Assembly (NCBI GenBank): GCA_963790305.1
Contig: CAWBOC010000007.1
Coordinates: 32,001 to 96,000, forward strand
Source of the DNA: an uncultured Gemmatimonadaceae bacterium
GTDB taxonomy: Bacteria; Gemmatimonadota; Gemmatimonadetes; Gemmatimonadales; Gemmatimonadaceae
Length of the DNA: 64,000 nucleotides
Direction: 5' to 3'
This document shows, piece by piece, positions 57,627 to 64,000 of the stretch (positions are counted from its first letter, which is position 1; each line of letters opens with the position of its first letter). The notes below the pieces were generated by a model that was not told where the DNA came from, ran no database searches, and saw nothing but the letters and a program-made list of their open reading frames with translations. The position numbers and the translations under genes were made by a program.

Positions 57627-58096
57627 CGACGACCGCACGAACGTATCCAGTTGTCCGATTCGTTTTTGCCGGACAGTCGAGCGACTGCGGAGGCGAAGGC
57701 CGCCCGTGGACGCTGGTCTACGACGGCAACTGCAAAGTGTGCGGCCGGCTCGTGCGGCTGCTCGAGAAGTGGGACCGCCGCAAGAAAATCGAGATCGTTC
57801 CGTCGCAGAACACGTGCGTCCACGCGCGCTTTCCCTGGATTCCCGCCGAAGCGTACGCCGACGCAGTTCAGCTCGTCGGGCCCGGCGGCCGCACGTCGCA
57901 GGGCGCACAGGCCATCGAGGATCTCCTCGGCATCCTTCCCAGCGGCTGGCTCCTCGGCTGGGTGTTCAAGCTTCCGTTCGTCGGCAAGCTCGCCGACAGG
58001 TTTTATCGGTGGTTCGCTCGCAACCGTTATCGCTTCGGCTGCGGCGAGCACTGTCAGCTTCGCCCCGAGCAGCTCGACTACGGCGACGTCCGCTGA
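57623..58096 (+). CDS. DCC1-like thiol-disulfide oxidoreductase (DUF393)
   Basis: YDGNCKVC and YRWFARNRY. Confidence 0.9.
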   Translation: MTTTARTYPVVRFVFAGQSSDCGGEGRPWTLVYDGNCKVCGRLVRLLEKWDRRKKIEIVPSQNTCVHARFPWIPAEAYADAVQLVGPGGRTSQGAQAIEDLLGILPSGWLLGWVFKLPFVGKLADRFYRWFARNRYRFGCGEHCQLRPEQLDYGDVR

Positions 58097-59594
58097 GCCT
58101 CCTCGGCGCGACGCTCGGCCATCACCAGCGCTTCCGCCCACTGCTCGACCAGCTCTGCCTCTTCGCCCTCGAGCACTTCGTCCGTATGCTGCACGCCGTC
58201 GAGGGCGCGTCCGTCGCTCTCATCGATCACGCGCTGCACGACCGCGCGCCACGTCGCATCCTTGAGCAGGTCCCCGATGATGGCGAGCATCACCGCGTCC
58301 AGGAGCGACCCGGCGCGGTCGAAGGTCTGCACCTCGAAGCGCACGATGTTCTCCTCGCGGTCCTCGGTGACGAAGCGGATCGCCGCGGCGAGTGGATGTC
58401 CCTCGACCGTCACCAGCGTCATCCATCGCTCATCGACCTCGAGCACGCGTACCTGAACGTTGCCGCGGAGCGGGAGTCCAAGCGTGAGCGTCTCTCCCTC
58501 GTCAGGCACGCACGGCGTGCCATGCTCCACACCGACTTCAATCGCCGCTTCCGGCATGAACGTCTTGAACTCGGTGCGAAAACGCTCGAACAGCGCGGTC
58601 GCGGTGAGCGAGCATTCGGCGATGTCTGCCCAGTAGCGGCGCCGGTGGAGTCGACCAGTGCCTTCGGCCGGCGTCTGCTCGGGAAGCTCATCGGCAAGGC
58701 GACGAAGCCCGTCGTCGAGCGGAGTCGGCGTGATCTTGAACGTGCGTCACCAGCGCGTTCGCCTGCCCGGGCGAGATGACGTTCTCCTCGACAAGCATTC
58801 TGCAGCTGATCGACGTTGACTGGTAGGTCGAGACCGAACGCGCCCGCGACGCGCGTGCCCGCCTCGGCGAGCCACGACGGGAGCGGAATGCGAAGCGGAG
58901 TCTTCTCGGTGATCCGGCCGAGGCGATCGAGGATATCGTTTATCGACGTACGCTCAGCGCCGGCCAACTCGAGCGTGGTTCGCGAGAGATCCGGGCGCGC
59001 CACAGCGGCCGCGATCGCTTCCCCGAGATCCTCGGCGAAAATCGGCTGGAAGGGCTGGTCGCCGCCACCGATCACCGGAATAGCCGGGAGCGTCCGAACC
59101 ACCTTCAGCAGCAGCGAGATCACGTCGTCGCCAGGCCCGTAGACGTTGCCGGGGCGCAGTACGAGCCACCCACCGCGAAACTGCCTGACGAGATCCTCGG
59201 CGGCACGTTTGGAACGGTGATAGTTGGAGGACCCTCGATCGGCGCCGAGCGAGGATATGTAGATGAAGCGACCCACGCCCGCGCGCTCGGCCTCGCGCAG
59301 CACGTTCTGCGTTCCGTCGACGTTGACACGCTGGAAAGTGACCTCCGGCGGCTCTTCGTCGACGATACCGGCCACATGTACCACCGCGTCGCATCCGTCC
59401 GCCGAGCCGCGCAACGACGCAGCGTCATCGACGCTGCCGGCGCATGCCACCACCCCGCGCGGCCATCGCTCGACATCGCGTTCCGCATTGCGGCTGCAGA
59501 GGCGCACCTCGTGACCGCGGGTGACGAGAGAACGAACGGTCGCGGTTCCGACCACTCCTGTTCCACCGGTAACCAGTACTCGCATCCGTTCCAT
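58078..59594 (-). CDS. NDUFA9-like NAD(P)-binding SDR with C-terminal DUF1990-like domain (indels near 58740-58800)
   Basis: VTGGTGVVG, YHRSK, LRPGNVYG; C-terminal TVEGHPLA...VRFEV in the adjacent frame. Confidence 0.8.
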
Positions 59595-61100
59595 CTATGC
59601 CACCGCCGCTCGCTCAGTTGTCGCCCGCTCCCGCTCCCCTTCCCAACGCTCCATCGCATCGCACGAATCGCAGTTGCCGCATGCCCAGTCCGGCGCCACT
59701 TCTTCACCGAAGTACTCGAGGATATAGCGCGTTCGACATTCGGTGGTCTGACAGTAGCGAACGATCGCGCGAAGCTTTGCCTGATCCATGGCCCGCCGTT
59801 CCTCGTAATCGTGCAGGTCCTCGCTGAGGTTGACCGATGTGAGCTGACTGCCCAGCCGCTCCCAGCTGCCGCCGCGATGCTCCCGCACGAGCCCGTGACG
59901 CTTCAGCAGCGCGAGAACGATCCGCGCCTTGCGCGATGGGACATCGGCCTGATTCGCGAGATCGGTGAGCGGAACCGGCGTCAACAGCGGATGCTGCTCC
60001 AGACAGATCGCGACGCGCGCCGCCTCCTCGATCTCCGGGTATTTGCCGCCGAGGAAGTACGACTGGACGCGGCGATCTTCGACGCGGTAGAGGAGCGCGC
60101 ACGTCGCCGGCTGTCCATCGCGTCCCGCGCGACCCGCTTCCTGATAGTACGCTTCGATCGAGCCCGGAAAGTGATAGTGGAGCACGAAGCGAATGTCCTG
60201 CTTGTCGATGCCGAGTCCGAAGGCGTTGGTCGCGATCATGACGCCGAGGTCGCCGCTCATGAACCGGTCCTGCGTTTCCTTGCGGTCGGTCGGCGCCATC
60301 TTGCCATGGTACAACCCGACGGGATGGTCGTGACGGAGTCGCTCGTACAGGCGCTCCGCTTCCCGAATCGTGGCGGTGTAGATGACGCCGTCGCCCTCGC
60401 GCTCGCGCAGGCTCCGCTCCACCTCCTCGTCCTTCACTACCGCGTTCACCGTGCGCCGGATCTCGAATCGGAGATTCGGGCGTGCAAAGCCGGTAATCGT
60501 CAGGTGCGGATCGTTCATCTCGAGCTGACGAGCGATATCGCGGCGGACCTCGGCCGTCGCCGTGGCCGTGAGCGCCAGCACGGGCGGCCGCCCCAGCCGA
60601 CGCGCGACCGAGCCTAACGTGAGGTAGTCGGGCCGGAAATCGTGACCCCACTGGGAGACGCAGTGTGCTTCGTCGACGACGAACAGACTCACGCGACGCT
60701 CCAGGAGCCGCTCGAAGAATTCGCGGTCTTTGAAGCGCTCAGGGGTGAGATAGAGAATCGCGCCCTCACCGCTGCCCACGCGCTCGTGGATGTTCCGAGC
60801 CTGCGTATCGGTGAGGTGCGAGTGCATGGCGATGACGTCGACGCCGCATGCATTCAGCTTGTCCTGCTGGTCCTTCATCAGGGCGATGAGGGGAGTCACC
60901 ACCACGGTGAGCCCCTCGAGCATCAACGCCGGGAGCTGATAAATGAGCGATTTCCCGCTGCCGGTGGGCATGACGACAATGGCGTCGCGCCCCGCGAGCA
61001 GGGCTCGCATCGGCTCCCACTGGCCTGGCTGGAAATCGGCGTGCCCAAATTGCTCGCGCATGAGGGACTGCGCGCGAGCTTCGAGTTGGCGGTGCGGCAT
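59595..61100 (-). CDS. recQ: RecQ-family ATP-dependent DNA helicase (no HRDC domain)
   Basis: [35 protein letters not shown]-terminal CR...CGNCDSC. Confidence 0.93.
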   Translation of the reverse strand: MPHRQLEARAQSLMREQFGHADFQPGQWEPMRALLAGRDAIVVMPTGSGKSLIYQLPALMLEGLTVVVTPLIALMKDQQDKLNACGVDVIAMHSHLTDTQARNIHERVGSGEGAILYLTPERFKDREFFERLLERRVSLFVVDEAHCVSQWGHDFRPDYLTLGSVARRLGRPPVLALTATATAEVRRDIARQLEMNDPHLTITGFARPNLRFEIRRTVNAVVKDEEVERSLREREGDGVIYTATIREAERLYERLRHDHPVGLYHGKMAPTDRKETQDRFMSGDLGVMIATNAFGLGIDKQDIRFVLHYHFPGSIEAYYQEAGRAGRDGQPATCALLYRVEDRRVQSYFLGGKYPEIEEAARVAICLEQHPLLTPVPLTDLANQADVPSRKARIVLALLKRHGLVREHRGGSWERLGSQLTSVNLSEDLHDYEERRAMDQAKLRAIVRYCQTTECRTRYILEYFGEEVAPDWACGNCDSCDAMERWEGERERATTERAAVA

Positions 61101-61137
61101 GGGGGGACGCAGTGGCAGGAACGGGGCCAGATCCGCC

Positions 61138-61263
61138 AGGGGTCAGGAGTCAGGAGTCAGGGATCAGGGGGGATCAGGGCGAAGGTTCAAGGAGAACGGC
61201 TCGCACGCTCCTATAACCTCGTCCCCGACACCCCCTGATCCCTGACTCCTGACTCCTGACTCC
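61138..61263. repeat. About 125-bp dispersed hairpin element with GGAGTCA heptamer arms (copy 2, opposite orientation)
   Basis: Reverse complement aligns with 46870-46992 including the internal core. Confidence 0.85.
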
Positions 61264-61270
61264 CAGCCTC

Positions 61271-63377
61271 CTATCGTCCCTCGAGCTCATCGACCACCCA
61301 CCCCGCCCCGTAGATCCTGCGCAGCGCCTCGGTGATTCCGCTCGAGTGCACGCTCACCGATCGCGCGATCTCGTCGGTGAACACGAATCGGTTTGGCAGC
61401 GCTTCGATGTTGCTGTCGAAGATCACCCCCACGACCTCGGCGTTGCGATTGATCACGGGGCTGCCGGAGTTGCCTCCGATGATGTCGTTGGTCGACACGA
61501 AGTTCAGTGGCGCCGAGAGATTGAGACTGTCGGCGCGCGCGAGCCACCGCGCCGGGAGATTGAACGGTGGCTTGCCCCGGCGAATTCGGCCGAGCGGCCG
61601 TACAGCCCGTAGAAGCTCGTGCGGTAGGGCGCGACCGTTCCGTTGTACGGGATACCCCTTCACCACCCCGTCGGAGATGCGGAGCGTGAACGTCGCATCG
61701 GGCGGGCAGCGACGTGCCGTACGCGGCGAAGATGGCCTGGCCGAGCTTCTCCGCCTCGCGAGAGATGAGCGCGTTCAAGCGCCGCGCGCGCGTGGCGAGA
61801 ATTCGCTGCAGCGGGTCGATCTTGCGCGCGGCGACAAGGAGCGGATCGGTCGAGGCCGTGACGGCTGCTCGCGCCACCGTCGAGCAGCGCCTTACGAGCA
61901 GCGGGATCGTTGAGCGTCGGTGCCCGCCGATCAGCGCCCGCGCCGCTGCCTCCGGGGTGCGACCCGCCAGCACGGCCTGAAGAAATGGATCGTTCGCGGG
62001 GAGTGCACGTTTCGCCGCAGCGAGCTGCGCCGCCAGCAAGCGCGCGTCTCGACCTGCCGTATCGAACGGCGCGGCAGTCGAGGATCTGGCGTTTCAGCCG
62101 CTCGATCGCCTCGCCACGATACTCCGGCAGCCGCGCGGTGTCCGGGAGCGCAGACTGAGCGGGAATACGAACGATCTGTCCCGGCCATGGTCAGCAGCTG
62201 CGACCCGGCGAATGAGCGGTATCGCGCCGCCTTGTCGAACGAGGCGAGCTCACGCTGTGCGGCGGCGATCGCGTCCCACGCGCCCCCGTACTGTGCGCGA
62301 AGCTTGGGGTCCTTCGCGATCCGAGCGCGAAACTCGCGCTCGAAGGCGCGCTTCTTCGCCATCAGCTCCGTATCCACGAGGCCGGCGCGGTAGCCGGTGA
62401 CGGCCTTCTCGGAATTCGAGAGCGAGAAGATGGTGTTGTCGTAGCGTCGTGCACGCTCGGGATCATTCTTCGTGACCTCCCGCAGGACCTCGAGCTGCCG
62501 TGCGTACGCCGCGAGATTCTCCGGGTAGACGACGTCACGGAGGTACTCCATCTGCGCCATGGTCAGCAGTCGTCCGGTGCTCCCCGGGTTGCCGGTGACG
62601 AACACGGGCTCCTCTTCCTGCGCGCCCTGCGCGCTCCATCGCAGAAAGTTGCGCGCGGCAAGAGGCTGTCCGTTCTCGTAGATGCGAAGGAGCGAGATGT
62701 CGAGACAGTAGCGCGGGAAGGTGAAGTTGTCCGGATCGCCGCCGAAGAACGCGACACCTTCCTCGGGGGCCATCACCAGGCGAATATCATCGTAGCGCTT
62801 GTAGCGGTACAGCGAATACATCCCGCCCTGGTAGAGCGTAACCACCTGACACTGGAACCCCGTGCCTTTCTGACAGGCGGTCTGGATCGAGTCGATCACG
62901 CGTCGCGCGCCGCTCCGCCTGGGCGGTGGCGGTCGCTGCGCGACTCGACGCTCGAATGCGCGCGGTCACATCTTCAATGGATTGCAGCTGATCGACGTAG
63001 AGTCCCTGACATTTGCGCTCATCCGCCATCGACGAGGCGACGAAGCCGATCTCGATATAGTTCGTGTCACGAGGCGAGGAGGAGGAGATGCAGGACCGGG
63101 CGCAGTGATGGTTGGTGAGCACCAGCCCCCGGGACGAGACGATCGATGACGAACAGTTCGGCAGCCGCACCGAGGCGAGCCGAACGTTGTCGAGCCAGGC
63201 CTGATCGGGAGCGAATCCATACGTCTCCTTCCAGTATTCGAGCGGCGGCGCATCGAAAGTCCACATGGTACCGAACTCCCTGCGGTACCCTGCGACCGTG
63301 GGAGCAACGACCTGTGCCGCCAGCGGCGTCGCCAGGAAGGCCGTGAGTGCGATTCGAAGGATCAGTGGTCTGAGCAT
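61271..63377 (-). CDS. S46 family dipeptidyl peptidase (several indels)
   Basis: Signal peptide; [38 protein letters not shown]. Confidence 0.92.
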
Positions 63378-63495
63378 GTATGAGCCGGGGAGAGCTGGAG
63401 TTCAGCGCGGGACTCCTCTGAATTCTGAATTCTGAACGCTGACGGCTGTGCCGTCTACCCTCATGCTGGCCCGGAGTGTGTAACAGAGCCTGTCA

Positions 63496-64000
63496 ATGAC
63501 AGACCCCATTCGGAGCCCCGAGCGGCGCGCAGACGTGCGCAGCCGGTTCGACCTCGTCCGCGACGTGCTGTACTCCACGTTGCGCGCCATTGCCCGGCAC
63601 GCGAGCAGCTTCTACACCGCCCTCGGCATCTACCTCGTGGGCGGCGCCGCGATCGCCATCGCGTGCACCTGGCTGTTCGTGGAGCTCGCGTCGCACGTGC
63701 AGAGCGGCGCGACCCAGACGTTCGACGAAACCGTCATGCGGTGGATGGGAGCGCACCGCATCCCCTGGATCGAACGGTCACTGCTGGAGATCACGGCGCT
63801 GGGCACCGGCCTCGTGGTGATGATGATCGTCCTCATCTCCGTCCTGTTCCTCGTGGCCACGCAGCACCGTTTCTCCGCCTTTCTTCTGTCTCATCGCGTC
63901 GGCAGGCGGGATCGTGCTCAACGCGGTGTTGAAGTCGAGCTTCGACCGGCCGAGGCCGCAGCTCTTCGAGTGGCTCACCGTGCCCTCGAGCAGCTCGTTC
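63496..64000 (+). CDS. PAP2 family membrane phosphatase, N-terminal part (indel near 63890; runs off the window)
   Basis: Manual translation MTDPIRSP...FDETVMRW...ITALG...; then LKSSFDRPRP (KxxxxRxRP) and SSSF. Confidence 0.85.
   Translation, partial: MTDPIRSPERRADVRSRFDLVRDVLYSTLRAIARHASSFYTALGIYLVGGAAIAIACTWLFVELASHVQSGATQTFDETVMRWMGAHRIPWIERSLLEITALGTGLVVMMIVLISVLFLVATQHRFSAFLLSHRVGRRDRAQRGVEVELRPAEAAALRVAHRALEQLV

Noticed and set aside
58078..59594. NDUFA9-like SDR as the missing ceramide reductase CerR
   Set aside because: It is about 9 kb from the lipid cluster, directly downstream of recQ, carries an extra C-terminal domain, and this family is widespread; no support beyond fold.

Overview
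High-GC bacterial chromosomal segment, most likely from Gemmatimonadota (inferred from gene content and style, not verified). It has about 60 genes and no rRNA, tRNA, CRISPR array, prophage or intact transposase. Scattered single-base indels split several ordinary genes, which suggests an incompletely polished long-read assembly. Housekeeping content includes tetrapyrrole genes (hemB, hemC, fused ahbAB, cobA-hemD), acs, acnA, otsA, psuG, aguB/aguA, recQ and M16/M20/M28/S46 peptidases. The best candidate for an undescribed system is a divergent seven-gene lipid cluster at 42.2-49.2 kb. It encodes a serine-palmitoyltransferase-like enzyme, an acetoacetate-decarboxylase-fold protein lacking its catalytic Lys, a DAG/sphingosine-kinase-family kinase, a Zn-MDR reductase, a PlsC-type acyltransferase, a Tam41-like cytidylyltransferase and a CDP-alcohol phosphotransferase. 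Together these could form a phosphosphingolipid pathway without the known bCerS/CerR enzymes. Other notable items: a XerD-like protein with degenerate catalytic residues translationally coupled to cobA-hemD; an exported selenocysteine peroxiredoxin hidden by an in-frame UGA; an AdoMetDC-fold protein with Cys at the self-cleavage site; a class D sortase with an adjacent APNTA substrate; a patatin-ferredoxin fusion; a HEPN-like/TM/TPR protein in an ABC-M16 operon; and several families of short-period tandem repeats arranged as hairpins, including a dispersed ~125-bp element.
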